Origin: Trebonia sp.
GTDB taxonomy: Bacteria; Actinomycetota; Actinomycetes; Streptosporangiales; Streptosporangiaceae
NCBI GenBank assembly: GCA_030043595.1
Contig: JASHXJ010000034.1
Coordinates: forward strand, 1 to 58,143
Length of the DNA: 58,143 bases
Reading direction: 5' to 3'
Under the pieces are notes generated by a model. It was not told the origin of the DNA. It saw only the letters and a program-made list of their open reading frames with translations, and made no database searches. Position 1 is the stretch's first letter; each line of letters begins with the position of its first letter. Shown here piece by piece: positions 8,140 through 18,602 of this stretch. The position numbers and the translations under genes were made by a program.

Positions 8140-9363
8140 TCAGCTCCAGGCCTGCGCAAGCGCGTGGTAGGCAGGCTTAGGGGTGTCGTCTGCGGACACC
8201 GCGCCGAAGTGTGCTTCCGCGCTCGTGGTGCTTGTACCGTCGTCGCGGATGTCGTACCAGTAAAAGCCCCCGGCCCAGCTCAAGGTCCGCCACAGCCCGG
8301 CCTCATCGGTGGCGAGGCTGGCCTGCTGGGCCGCCGAGACGCACGTGTACGTGGCGTTCGCTACACAGGTGGGCGCTCCGGTCTCTGTGATCCAGACGCG
8401 CTTGGCGGCGTCGCCATGGGCCTTCATCAGCGAGCGTACCGAGACCGGTGTGCTGGCCATCTGGCTCCAGGCCGAACAGCGGTTGTAGGCGAGCATCTGT
8501 GCGGCGGTCGCGCCGGACCAGTAGTGGTATGCATGCCAGCCGACCGCGTCGAAGTGGCCGTGGATGCCATCGGCGTACAGGGCCTGCAGGTAGCTGACCC
8601 CGTTCCAGGCGGAGGCGTCGTGACCGCTACTGTCGTGGCCAGTGCAGGTGACGTCATCGTAGGCCCCGGCCGGCGCGAGGCCGCCAGTCACGACGGTCAG
8701 CACCGGATCCAGGCGCTTGATACGCGAGTAAGCCGCCACGACCATCGCGGTGTACAGCTGGGGGTTGGGCGTCTGGTCACCCCAGAAAAAGCTGACGTTC
8801 TCCTCGTTCCACAGCTCTACACCCGCCAGCATGTAGCGGGGCAGGTCCGGATGTGCCCGCCAGAAGGCACCGCCCGGACGGTAGCGGGCCACGACCGCCG
8901 CTGCGAACACGCCATACGTCGCCGGGTTCCGCGGCGGCAGCCAGGCCCAATCGGGATTGGACGCGGAGCCGCCACTGGCCCACATGGGAGTGGTGTCAAT
9001 GATCAGCAGTGCATTCAGATGGTGCTCTGCCGCCTGAGCAACGATCTCATCGGGTCCTGACCAGTCGAACCGGCCCTGGGTGGGCTCGACAAACGCCCAG
9101 CTGACATCGGTGCGCAGGCTGGTAGCACCACCACTCTCGATGAGTGCGACGTAGCGGCTCGGGTCGGGCTGGTCAGTCACGTGCGAGGAGTAGCCGACTG
9201 GCCAGGCCGGGCTGGCGACGCTCGCGCTCACGGGCCTTTCGGCGACAGCCGTTGCGCGCTGCGGGCTGGCCGCTACCCCCGGCAGCCAGAAAACCATGCT
9301 CACCAACAGGCCGATACTCACCATGGCGGGCCAGAAGCGCCGAATGCTCAGCATGTACCACAA
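8140..9363 (-). CDS. Secreted clan GH-A glycoside hydrolase (GH39/GH5-like)
   Basis: Signal peptide; W..VEP..G.FDWS, ELWNEEN acid/base motif, WITETG nucleophile motif. Confidence 0.82.
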   Translation of the reverse strand: MWYMLSIRRFWPAMVSIGLLVSMVFWLPGVAASPQRATAVAERPVSASVASPAWPVGYSSHVTDQPDPSRYVALIESGGATSLRTDVSWAFVEPTQGRFDWSGPDEIVAQAAEHHLNALLIIDTTPMWASGGSASNPDWAWLPPRNPATYGVFAAAVVARYRPGGAFWRAHPDLPRYMLAGVELWNEENVSFFWGDQTPNPQLYTAMVVAAYSRIKRLDPVLTVVTGGLAPAGAYDDVTCTGHDSSGHDASAWNGVSYLQALYADGIHGHFDAVGWHAYHYWSGATAAQMLAYNRCSAWSQMASTPVSVRSLMKAHGDAAKRVWITETGAPTCVANATYTCVSAAQQASLATDEAGLWRTLSWAGGFYWYDIRDDGTSTTSAEAHFGAVSADDTPKPAYHALAQAWS

Positions 9364-9447
9364 TCTAACGGCGTTACCGGCCGTGCATCTGGCGATGCCA
9401 TAAGAAGGCGCTCACATAGCCGGCAGCGGGCAGGGCAGGCCGCCTGG

Positions 9448-10608
9448 CTAGGTCACAGGCGGACTTCCTGGGGTTCGAGATGCACTTCGCTGTTTCGTCG
9501 CATACCTTCTCCCTGCTATATGTGCAATCAGGCCTCTTAGCAGGCCGGCCCAGACCATTGCCTCTTCAGCCGCTTGGAGATAAGGGAAAAGGATGTACAT
9601 GGGCCGATGCTCAGTAATCGCTCGCCATATCCACCACGGGTAACATAGCTGAGGTGCGAGGACCACCAGCGGCGGCAGCAGTTGCGGGGCCAGTGCAGCG
9701 CCGGATACCAGCGTCAGCAGGAGAAGAGCCGGGAACGGGGAAAACGGCGGCACCATACCATTCTTGACATGGAAGGCGTAGTTAAAGGGGCCGCGCCTGT
9801 ACGGTCGCAGCAGGTAAGCCTTCATGGAGACAGCGCTGTCATTTGGGTCCAAGTCCGGCATGATGCGCGCCGACCGCGTGGCGTAGAAGTTATGGTCAGG
9901 GAACTGCTGGCGCAAGCGGAAACATATATCGCGGTCTTCGATACCACCGATTGCTGGTGCGGCCAGGCTAGCATCCCAGCCACCGATTTTCTGCAGCATT
10001 GGTATAGGGAATGAAGCATTTTGACCGTAAAGTTCCACGACTCGCCGGTAATCCCAGTCCCCTCTCTGGTTATAGCGTTCAAGCCTAAAATTTTCGACAA
10101 TATACGCGAGAAAGCGTTTCACGACCGCAGGCAGAAAGGCTGGCCCGACGCTGCTAACGCTTGGTGCAGTGCCCATGTGGGTGGCCTCGATATACTTGGC
10201 CGCGAGCCCCCTCGCCCTATTGGATGCATCCCGCACAGCTATACCGCCAACCCCGATGGGCTTAACTACCTTTGCATAGCCGCGCGCCAATTCCTTCAAA
10301 AAGTCAGGCGCAGCCTGACAGTCGTCGTTAAAGGATACGAAAATCTCACCCCGGGCCACCGCCAGTCCAGCGTTCTGGGCTATCGCCTGGCCCATGTTGC
10401 CAGGCAGCTCTACCAGATGAACACCGTCGCGCTTCGCGACGACTTCGGATGTATTGTCAGTCGAGCCATCGTTAACGACAATGATTTCAAACCTGTCTCT
10501 TGGATAATCTTGAGCCAGCAAGGAGTCGACGGCCCGCCCGATGGTTGCGCCACCGTTATACACCGGCAAGACCACACTCATGAACGGCTCGGTGTCTGTA
10601 ATCGTCAC
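9448..10608 (-). CDS. GT2 glycosyltransferase with C-terminal membrane segments
   Basis: SVVLPVYNG, VVNDGSTD, FNDDC, IEDRD. Confidence 0.9.
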   Translation of the reverse strand: MTITDTEPFMSVVLPVYNGGATIGRAVDSLLAQDYPRDRFEIIVVNDGSTDNTSEVVAKRDGVHLVELPGNMGQAIAQNAGLAVARGEIFVSFNDDCQAAPDFLKELARGYAKVVKPIGVGGIAVRDASNRARGLAAKYIEATHMGTAPSVSSVGPAFLPAVVKRFLAYIVENFRLERYNQRGDWDYRRVVELYGQNASFPIPMLQKIGGWDASLAAPAIGGIEDRDICFRLRQQFPDHNFYATRSARIMPDLDPNDSAVSMKAYLLRPYRRGPFNYAFHVKNGMVPPFSPFPALLLLTLVSGAALAPQLLPPLVVLAPQLCYPWWIWRAITEHRPMYILFPYLQAAEEAMVWAGLLRGLIAHIAGRRYATKQRSASRTPGSPPVT

Positions 10609-10715
10609 CGCAGCTCCTTTGGCAGGGTACCCATGGCCATATCCTCCGCTCGATCACGTCCCAGGTCCCGTGGCCTGGCAATAGCCGAACCACTACCTAG
10701 CCTGTAGAGACCCGT

Positions 10716-11603
10716 TCACGCGAGACGACGCACGAGGAACAGGAAAGCCTGATCTGCAGCAACGATCTGGGATCTGTACTGGTCAGGCGGGAGAGACGCT
10801 GCTATTACCTGCCAGATCGCAAGCGAGCGAGGGGAGATGTCTTCGATGACAAGGCACCCGTCGAGCTTCAGTCTGCCTAGACCGAATATCAGAGTAGCTA
10901 GGTTTGCATTGGGCGAGTGGAGACCGTCGTCGATGATAAGATCAAGTTCGTCAGGGACGGCAGCCCCCAGTACAGAGAATGAACTGATGTCAGTCTGGTC
11001 GACAAAGAATGTTGCGATTCTCTCCTCGTTGAACAGGATGCTGCGATCGATGTCAGCACCGTATACATGAGCACTGGGCAGGAAGTCCCTGAATGCGCGG
11101 AGGGAAGCTCCCGGCTTGCCCCTCTTACCCATGTTCGAAACAAATTCTACATTGTTTGTTCCGAGTCCGATTTCCAGCACAGCAGAGGCATCTTGCGTCA
11201 CAAGAATCGAACCGTAGAGCAGGTGATAGTTATGACCACGGCCCTTGTTGCTGCCGGCCTTGTCGCTGCCATGCGAATCGAACAGCTCTTTCAGTTTGAG
11301 CGCCGCGGCTTGCTTTTCTTCGGTATCAGCGAACATCGCTATCGGAGTTGCTTCTTCGATCTTGCTCCCGGTAGCCGATAGCAGCTCAAGCATGAACGGG
11401 AATGTCTGCCCCGCAGCCTGCACCGTAAGCGCTGCGCGAGCACGGCTTGAGCCGGCTGACATCGGCGCGAACACTGGAAAGCTCTCAGTAATCAGAAAAT
11501 TGCCGGAAAGGTGCTTCAACGGCATGACCAGGGGTCTGGGAATTCTCACAGTCCGCTCACCGAGTGGCAGGCAATGTGACTCACTGCTTCTCCTTGACTG
11601 CAC
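10716..11603 (-). CDS. Putative class I SAM-dependent (sugar O-)methyltransferase-like protein; start uncertain
   Basis: GSDK...HNY, VLEIGLG, YGADID, VDQ, DLIIDDGLH, VIED. Confidence 0.7.
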   Translation of the reverse strand: MQSRRSSESHCLPLGERTVRIPRPLVMPLKHLSGNFLITESFPVFAPMSAGSSRARAALTVQAAGQTFPFMLELLSATGSKIEEATPIAMFADTEEKQAAALKLKELFDSHGSDKAGSNKGRGHNYHLLYGSILVTQDASAVLEIGLGTNNVEFVSNMGKRGKPGASLRAFRDFLPSAHVYGADIDRSILFNEERIATFFVDQTDISSFSVLGAAVPDELDLIIDDGLHSPNANLATLIFGLGRLKLDGCLVIEDISPRSLAIWQVIAASLPPDQYRSQIVAADQAFLFLVRRLA

Positions 11604-12117
11604 GCTCTGGTGGTTGCACAGAGTCGTGTGGGGCTTACTTACTTTGCTTTATTCTACCCGAGGCTACATGGTTTCCGGATCCCGAAGTTGAGGTCTGCCC
11701 ACGGCTAGATTTTGTAGCTGAAGCGGGGATGGCTTCGCGGATGCCAGGGAACACGCTTTCGTGGCCGGCCCCTTGTCGGGCGCGTCGTGCTGGCCGGATC
11801 GCAGGGATCAGGCGCCCCGCGGCACCATGGCGCCGTGGTCCGGATCGCGGCCTCAATGTTCCTGCCCGCGGGGGATACCTAGCGGCAGGAGGCCGGGCCA
11901 GCTGCATCTCTTGGGGGCCCCGCCTGACGGGCCACCGGTGGACGGGCTCTTTGCCCCCGCGGGCCGGTCACCATCGATGTGACGCACATCACCATCTCCC
12001 GTCACCGCATATCACCGCCTTATCGGAAATGCCGCGCTAGGCTATTTGGAGTTTATTATCGCGCTATACGGCGATAAACATCCCAAACCTCGATGAGTGG
12101 GTGGAGGAGTTACTGCT

Positions 12118-13362
12118 ATGACACAGCTGTACTCCTCCGATTCGCGACAAGAAGAAGCGCGCCGCCCGCGCAGGCTGCTGATCCTCAGCTCAGGCTCGTA
12201 TAACAGTACGCTTAGCATTCGATTGCGCGATCTGGCCCGGCATCTAGCGGACACGTGGGACGTTACCATTATCGCACCTTCGGCCGACAAATATAATGAT
12301 TTCAAGCCGGACCATTCGCTCAACCCGCCTTTCGCCCGTCTCGTGCAGCCGTGGCAGCTGAGAACACGCTCACCGATGGTGAACCTGATCCCTTATCTGT
12401 TCTCATCCCTCGCGCAGATCATCCGTATTCGGGCCGACATAGTGATTATAACCAAGCCTACGCCGATCACTTTGCCAGGTTTGCTGCCGAAGCTGCTGTC
12501 CCGCACTCCCGTCGTGCTGGACCTAGACGATCTGGGCAGTGAGGTGATGAAGGTCGAAGGTCAGTCGCGCCTGGCCTGCCGGCTCGTTGCCTGGTGCGAA
12601 CGGCTATGCATGCGATACTCCGACGCTCTGGTGGCGGCCTCGACCTTGCTGCGTGATCACGTAAGCAAGCTGCACCCGGGAAGACCGGTGCTGTTGCTGC
12701 CAAACGGAGTTGAACCAGGTCAATACCAGGTAGTGGCCGAACGGCGACCCCGCCGCGCAGTGTATTTCTTCGGGGCGATTAACCGGCTGGATCTGGTGGC
12801 GGACCTGCTGCGGGCCATGCCAGAAGTGCTGCGCCAGGTACCGGACGCGCGCTTGACCGTTGTCGGCGGCGGCAGCGCGCTGGACCATGCTAAGCAGCTA
12901 AGCCGGCAGCTGGGTATCGAGGCTGCTGTCGCCTTTCCTGGCTGGCAGGCAAACATGCTGGCGGTGCAGAACTACACCCAATTTGCGGACATCGGAGTCT
13001 GCTATCAGCCCGACACGCTGACAAATCGCATGGCCAGCAATATGAAGGTTTTTCAGTATATGGCCATGGGTACCGTGCCGTTGGTCAGCGATATAGGCGA
13101 TCTACGGAGTTACGTGGAAGCCGGCCAGGCCGGCCAGGTGCTGGCCCCAGGCGATGCGGGTGCGCTCGCGCGCGCACTCATCGAGCTGCTGCTGGACGAA
13201 GAACGACGCGTGCGCCTAGCCACTGAGGCCCGTCGGCTAGCCTGCAGCGATCATTCCTGGAAGTCCCGTGCTGACATGCTGACCAGGTTCTTGAAGGAAC
13301 TGACAAATGAGATGCAACCTTCTGCTGGTGCGGGCACGGATCTGTTCGTGCGCCCCGCGTAG
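12118..13362 (+). CDS. GT4 glycosyltransferase
   Basis: LPNGVE, KVFQYMAMGTVPLVSDIG; GGAGGAG RBS. Confidence 0.9.
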   Translation: MTQLYSSDSRQEEARRPRRLLILSSGSYNSTLSIRLRDLARHLADTWDVTIIAPSADKYNDFKPDHSLNPPFARLVQPWQLRTRSPMVNLIPYLFSSLAQIIRIRADIVIITKPTPITLPGLLPKLLSRTPVVLDLDDLGSEVMKVEGQSRLACRLVAWCERLCMRYSDALVAASTLLRDHVSKLHPGRPVLLLPNGVEPGQYQVVAERRPRRAVYFFGAINRLDLVADLLRAMPEVLRQVPDARLTVVGGGSALDHAKQLSRQLGIEAAVAFPGWQANMLAVQNYTQFADIGVCYQPDTLTNRMASNMKVFQYMAMGTVPLVSDIGDLRSYVEAGQAGQVLAPGDAGALARALIELLLDEERRVRLATEARRLACSDHSWKSRADMLTRFLKELTNEMQPSAGAGTDLFVRPA

Positions 13363-13490
13363 GATCAGCCCGTGACGCCCGAGGTGATCCCTGATCGGGC
13401 CATCGACGCGCGTTCGGTAGCGCGGCGAAGTTGCGGAGATGTTCTCTGTGCCGCTTCGCATCCACCCCACCCGCGTCCTCGCCCGGCCGC

Positions 13491-13613
13491 CTAGATGACC
13501 TTCACCCCGAGCCAGGCGAACCGGACCGGACTGGCCAGCAGCTCCCAGACCCGCTCCGGCGATGCGTCAATGAAATCGGCCAGACACGTCTCGAAGCTGT
13601 CACCGTCCGCCAT
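13491..13613 (-). pseudogene. N-terminal remnant of an SRPBCC-family gene (40 codons)
   Basis: GGAGG RBS + MADGDSFETCLADFIDASPERVWELLASPVRFAWLGVKVI*. Confidence 0.5.
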
Positions 13614-13706
13614 GGCCCCTCCATCCCGCGTCCTCGTGAATCGCGTAGGCGGATATCACTCACCTTCCGGCCCGGGATTAGCATGCGGATTCGCGCGCGA
13701 CAAGCA

Positions 13707-16076
13707 CTACTTGTAAATCACTGTCTTGCCATTGGTATAGACAAGATTCTTATAGTCGTTCAAAAGCCACAGTGGGTACTTGTACTCAAGCAGATCCCCA
13801 TTCGTTGGAATGAAGCTATACGCCAGACCTGTGCCTATCGTAGGGTAGCCCATCATCACCCAGCCACTCTGGCTTACTATAGTGGGATAGGCGTCAGATA
13901 TTGTTTCCTTACCTGTCAAGCCAGGCGGGTAAGCAAACAAGAACTTGGACTGGGAAAAGGGCGACTGTACCGAATAAGCAAGTACATTCGGCTGTTCGCC
14001 GAGCCAGGTCACTGCCGCTTCATCTTCAGGATTCATGTAGTAGAGGTTATAGTAGGTTCCACTATTGTTAAGATTGAGTTCTGCCAGGTTGCCGCCAAGG
14101 ATCTGAGGTACTAGACCGCTGGTGTTAACGAAAAGCCCGAGCCACACCAAAACGGCGACAGCCGATGCGCGGCGTCGGAACAGCGGACGCAACAGCGTTT
14201 CGGAACCCAGTACTACGATTGGTGCGAAAAATATCAGTCCTTCTTGGAAAGCCCTGAGCGGACCGTATTCCGCCGACAGGGACGGGAGGACTGTAATGAG
14301 CCCTATCATGACAACGCTACCAATAGACAGCCAATACAACTGCTGTCCGATCGGGCGCCGCCCTCTCCGGCTTACCAGAAGCAGTCGCAGCAGTCCGACA
14401 GCGAGGAACATCTCCTCGCAGTAAGCGACGAGGTCCCGAGCGAGAGAGTTAAGAGATACAACGGGAATTCCAGCCGAACTCAGGGCCTTTCCGACTGTGG
14501 TGAGCGGGCGGAGCTGCTGCGACACAATTGGAGTCGCAGCCTTCGCTACAGCTGACACCGGAAGGAAAGTCCCGGCTGGGCTCTCGACCATGGCCTTGAG
14601 CGTCTCCTGCCGGTACTCCGACAGCGCCACGCTCGGTGCAACTACATTACTTTCAAAGAAGTTCAGCGAAAAGCCGCCCGCCCCGAAGGATTCACCATCG
14701 TTCAAGGCCTGGCCCGAGGTGCCGGTTGCCAGGCCGCCCCACAGGATAATGACGCCCGCAAAAACGACAAGCAGGCCGGCCGTGATGGAGATTCCAGCCC
14801 CGGGAGCCCAGCGTATCCGCCTGCTACGTATATCCAGCCATGATGGAAAGGGTCTGGTCAAGAGACCCGCGCAGTAGCGACATAGCCAGGCTATGACCAG
14901 GACTCCAACGAAAACATACATCGATGAGTAATGCGATATCTCAACTCCAACACCTGCAATAACAAGAGCCAGCTGACGCCGGCGAAGGCTCCAGACAGGA
15001 TTTGTCGCGGCTAGGACCCCTGCAGCGACGAAAAGGAGGCCGATTTCCTGCCTATTCAGAAATGGCATATCGGTGAAAAAGGTTGGGAACCCGACAAAAT
15101 AAGCAACAGACAGCATAGACATTCTGCGGCCGAAGTAACGCCGCGATATGCCATAGGCAAGAACGGGGCCGATGGCAAAGATCATCTGGAAGAACACCTT
15201 ATACACATACGGGCTGTCGACATTTATCAGCTGGCCCAGCTCAGTCGGCAGTATCGTGATGCTGAGGCAGGCGTTGTAGGCGTTATGGTAATACGCCATC
15301 GACCAGTGGCCATGGCCCTCCGTCAGCTGGAACACCCTGTATTCGTCCTGGATGTCATGCCCGGTGATGTACCAGCCGCGCAGTGAGGTGCTGAGTAGCA
15401 AGCTAAGCGAGATGAGGTAGATGACGATGGATATGACGGATTCGCGAACAGACCCCATCCAGCGCAGGGCGAAAAGGATGACGAGAGCAACCATCCCCAG
15501 TGCGAGCAAGGTCGGCTGCCCGCCCGCGCCATTATTGAGACGGTTCGCACCAAATACCACCAGCGCTACGCAGAGCGAAGCCATTACCAGAAGCCGAAGC
15601 TCCTCTTTACCGATCGCCGCGAAGCTGCCACGCCATTGACTGCGCTCTGGGTACCGGCTACGAAAAGCAAACAAGGATAGATTGATCAGATCGGCGATGA
15701 TAAGTACAGGATCGGCGTCCAAGGGACGCTGCAGTCCAATTAGTGGCAAAATCTCATTGTCAGTCAAGCCGACCAGCATAAGAATGAGCAAGGTGGCGCA
15801 TATGCTGTATCCCAAGCGTTCCTCTATGCTGCAGCGGCGCCATGCCGACGTCGTAATCAGGAGATACGAGGGGAGGAGTATCAAGAACCAAAAGCCCGCC
15901 GCAGGCCGCAAAACCGGCAAGCTGATGTTCGCCAGCACCATGAAATTTAGGGCGGCGGCCGCGACGAGCGTTATGACAACAGGAAAGGCGCTAGCGGGTT
16001 CATCGGGACCATCGAACTCGTTGTCACTCCGCGGCGGCATCCTGAGTGTGCTCAAATCTCCATTATCACTTCTCAT
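13707..16076 (-). CDS. DUF2206-like multi-pass membrane protein (putative GT-C-type enzyme)
   Basis: Many TM helices; SLRGWYITGHDIQDEY, YNACLSITILP, RQEIGLLF, SHYSS, C-terminal NLVYTNG. Confidence 0.78.
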   Translation of the reverse strand: MRSDNGDLSTLRMPPRSDNEFDGPDEPASAFPVVITLVAAAALNFMVLANISLPVLRPAAGFWFLILLPSYLLITTSAWRRCSIEERLGYSICATLLILMLVGLTDNEILPLIGLQRPLDADPVLIIADLINLSLFAFRSRYPERSQWRGSFAAIGKEELRLLVMASLCVALVVFGANRLNNGAGGQPTLLALGMVALVILFALRWMGSVRESVISIVIYLISLSLLLSTSLRGWYITGHDIQDEYRVFQLTEGHGHWSMAYYHNAYNACLSITILPTELGQLINVDSPYVYKVFFQMIFAIGPVLAYGISRRYFGRRMSMLSVAYFVGFPTFFTDMPFLNRQEIGLLFVAAGVLAATNPVWSLRRRQLALVIAGVGVEISHYSSMYVFVGVLVIAWLCRYCAGLLTRPFPSWLDIRSRRIRWAPGAGISITAGLLVVFAGVIILWGGLATGTSGQALNDGESFGAGGFSLNFFESNVVAPSVALSEYRQETLKAMVESPAGTFLPVSAVAKAATPIVSQQLRPLTTVGKALSSAGIPVVSLNSLARDLVAYCEEMFLAVGLLRLLLVSRRGRRPIGQQLYWLSIGSVVMIGLITVLPSLSAEYGPLRAFQEGLIFFAPIVVLGSETLLRPLFRRRASAVAVLVWLGLFVNTSGLVPQILGGNLAELNLNNSGTYYNLYYMNPEDEAAVTWLGEQPNVLAYSVQSPFSQSKFLFAYPPGLTGKETISDAYPTIVSQSGWVMMGYPTIGTGLAYSFIPTNGDLLEYKYPLWLLNDYKNLVYTNGKTVIYK

Positions 16077-16118
16077 CCGCAACCCCAATTCCTGCGCCGA
16101 CAGCCCGGGCTCATCGCA

Positions 16119-16637
16119 TCAGTCTCCGTCTTTGCTCTTGTGCTGCTTTTGTGCTGGCTGGCTGAGACTAAACATGAAATCGATCTTCTCTCCCTGTCGA
16201 GGAAGCGACACCTGGACACGACAAGCGGCCCGCGCGCACTTAGGCACTACTACTACATTGACCAGCCACATAGAGCCGGGAGGCACTGTCTGAGTAGCTG
16301 AGGTTAGCGATTCCAGCTTGGCACTGCTGCCTGACGCCACTACATATCGATAAGAGACTGCGCTACCTTCCTCATTGGTGATCGTGAAAGCTACCTCGAG
16401 GCCTTCACCGCGGGTCCAGGTAACGGGCAGAGATGCAGGACGGTAGAACGCCAGCTCGGTGTAGGGGGTGCTCTGGCGAAACAAGGCCAGCTTCCACTCA
16501 TGGCGAATATATGGCGACATCATAGTCGCCACGATGACAATCGCCGATATGAGGCCGATCCCGCACAGCCACAACCCCCATCTTGGCTGCTCGCGCTCAG
16601 GAGGCTGTGCCACTTCGTTCCGTGCCATGCTAGTCAT
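16119..16637 (-). CDS. DUF1616-like membrane-anchored protein
   Basis: Single TM followed by YTELAF...P...FTITNEEG...Y.Y beta-rich domain. Confidence 0.65.
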   Translation of the reverse strand: MTSMARNEVAQPPEREQPRWGLWLCGIGLISAIVIVATMMSPYIRHEWKLALFRQSTPYTELAFYRPASLPVTWTRGEGLEVAFTITNEEGSAVSYRYVVASGSSAKLESLTSATQTVPPGSMWLVNVVVVPKCARAACRVQVSLPRQGEKIDFMFSLSQPAQKQHKSKDGD

Positions 16638-16694
16638 GCTTGAACCTCGTCAGGCTGCGTACTGCCCGTGCCGTGAATATGGCAGTGAACCGAA

Positions 16695-18602
16695 TCACCA
16701 TCTCTGCTCTTGGGGAACCCGCATCGGTCTTTGTCTGGGATTACCGGCGCGCAGGTCCCGGTACGGCCCTGGAACATTGCGTGTGGGGAGCGGACGTGCA
16801 CCTGTAGTGAACCCCGTCGCAACTGCAGCACCGTGCCGGCGCCGGGCATATCTCTGGTGGGCTGTGGCTGCACCCCCGGCACATGCGCCAATAAGAGCGC
16901 CTGCAAGCCATGCCAGGGCCACGCCCGTCAGCCCATGCGAAGATCCAACCCAGGCGAAAGCACATATCGCCAGAGCATATGTTGCATTAACAACGATTAT
17001 AGCACGCAGCTTGCCCTCAATCCGGAGAATGGTAAGGAGCCAGTAGTTTGCCGAGACAGGCCCTGCGGCTAGGGCCAGAATGATGAGGCTGGACAATCCG
17101 TGCTGGTAGTAGTGAGATCCGAACGCAAGCAGCAGCCAACGTCCAACTGCGATAAGACCAAGGACTGCAGGCACACAGAGCAGCACAAGTATCCGCAGGC
17201 TCCGCCGCCTAAGCCCGCGCATATTGGCATTGGCGCGCGAGCCCTCTGCAAGGAAGGTTTGTTCCAGCGCGAAAGCGGCTGCGTATACTATTGAGGCTAT
17301 CTGGAAGACCACAAAGAAGTATCCCGCTGCCGCAGCCCCTTGCCGGTCGAGCACGATGACCGGCACAACCAGTGTAGGGAGCATGTTGAATACGTTGCCA
17401 ACATAGTTTGCGGTAGAAAAGCGAAGCAATGGCTTGAGAGCCGACAGCGGCTGGTGCAGGCGAGGTCGACAGCCCATTATTGCAAAAATAATGATTACAC
17501 TGGCGGCGGCAGCGAATACTATGCCCATGGCTGAAGCCGCGAAAAGAGCATAAGTGCCAGCCCCGGCCAGCAGCACGGCAAGAATGTTCTTTCCCAGTCC
17601 ACCGACTATACCGTCGACGAGGACAGTGTACTTCGCTCTCCTTGACGCGATGAAGACAGAGTCCGTTAGGAAGTTGAGAGCACTAGCGGCGGTTATCAGA
17701 GCAAAGCCGATCGTTAGCTCGGGGCTCTTCTCCACGAAAGCCAGTCGGGGAGCTATAAGCGGCGTCAGCACGATGTAACATACTGCAATCGCTGCGCCGC
17801 ATGCGGCCACCACGGCGAGCGCAGAGCTAACTAGCGCATCTCGATCGCGTGAAGTCGGCAAATATTTGCCCATCCCGTTATTGAGTCCAAGAAGGGCCAG
17901 GTATCCGATGAGGCTGGTGGCTGAGATCAGCGCGCTCGCTGTTCCAACGTCACTGGCACTGAACAAATGGGCCGCAATTATCCAGAAACTAAAGCCAAAC
18001 CCGGCTTGCAGTACGGAATTCAGCATCAGATAAAGCGAGTTCAACATCATGTGATCTTGGCGAAGCCGAGTAAGAACGGCACCGAATCTACCTCTCCGCG
18101 GGCCTGCTCTCGCAGACTCCGATGCTCTCGGCCTGGATGACTCACCCGATCGAGAATTCGCTGCAACTTCATTTGCTATTGCAACCAGCGCGGCTATTCC
18201 TGCCATCTGGCGTGCATATAGCCCCGCGTCCACCGTTTGGAATTCGCCATCCGTCTGCTCGCCCCAGGATCCCCGGATCGAGCTGTTTCGTCCTCTGGGC
18301 CCCTTGTCTGGATAGGAGTTCTTAGCGGCAGCCGTCCTGCGCCAGCGCCTGCCGTTTGGGGTTTTCACTGGTGCCCGGCGGCCCCCGCTACCGTAGTCAT
18401 CCCTTATGCGGGGAAATTCATGGGTCGGTTCGTCATTCTCGGCAAGCACTCTTTGCGCATATACGCCAGGGACGAGCGGGTTCCGGGCGCCGTGTGAACT
18501 CCGGGCCCTTGAGCGACGAGCGGGCATGTCCTTCATTACCCGTATGACCTGAACCTTGCGCGCACGGAAGCTGTCATGTTGGATCCTTAACTTGATCCAC
18601 AT
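16695..18602 (-). CDS. Oligosaccharide flippase (Wzx/RfbX-like) with a long N-terminal extension; start uncertain
   Basis: NSLYLM...GF.FWIIAAHLF...VG.A, ~12 TM, FSTANYV, AGYF. Confidence 0.88.
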   Translation of the reverse strand: MWIKLRIQHDSFRARKVQVIRVMKDMPARRSRARSSHGARNPLVPGVYAQRVLAENDEPTHEFPRIRDDYGSGGRRAPVKTPNGRRWRRTAAAKNSYPDKGPRGRNSSIRGSWGEQTDGEFQTVDAGLYARQMAGIAALVAIANEVAANSRSGESSRPRASESARAGPRRGRFGAVLTRLRQDHMMLNSLYLMLNSVLQAGFGFSFWIIAAHLFSASDVGTASALISATSLIGYLALLGLNNGMGKYLPTSRDRDALVSSALAVVAACGAAIAVCYIVLTPLIAPRLAFVEKSPELTIGFALITAASALNFLTDSVFIASRRAKYTVLVDGIVGGLGKNILAVLLAGAGTYALFAASAMGIVFAAAASVIIIFAIMGCRPRLHQPLSALKPLLRFSTANYVGNVFNMLPTLVVPVIVLDRQGAAAAGYFFVVFQIASIVYAAAFALEQTFLAEGSRANANMRGLRRRSLRILVLLCVPAVLGLIAVGRWLLLAFGSHYYQHGLSSLIILALAAGPVSANYWLLTILRIEGKLRAIIVVNATYALAICAFAWVGSSHGLTGVALAWLAGALIGACAGGAATAHQRYARRRHGAAVATGFTTGARPLPTRNVPGPYRDLRAGNPRQRPMRVPQEQRW

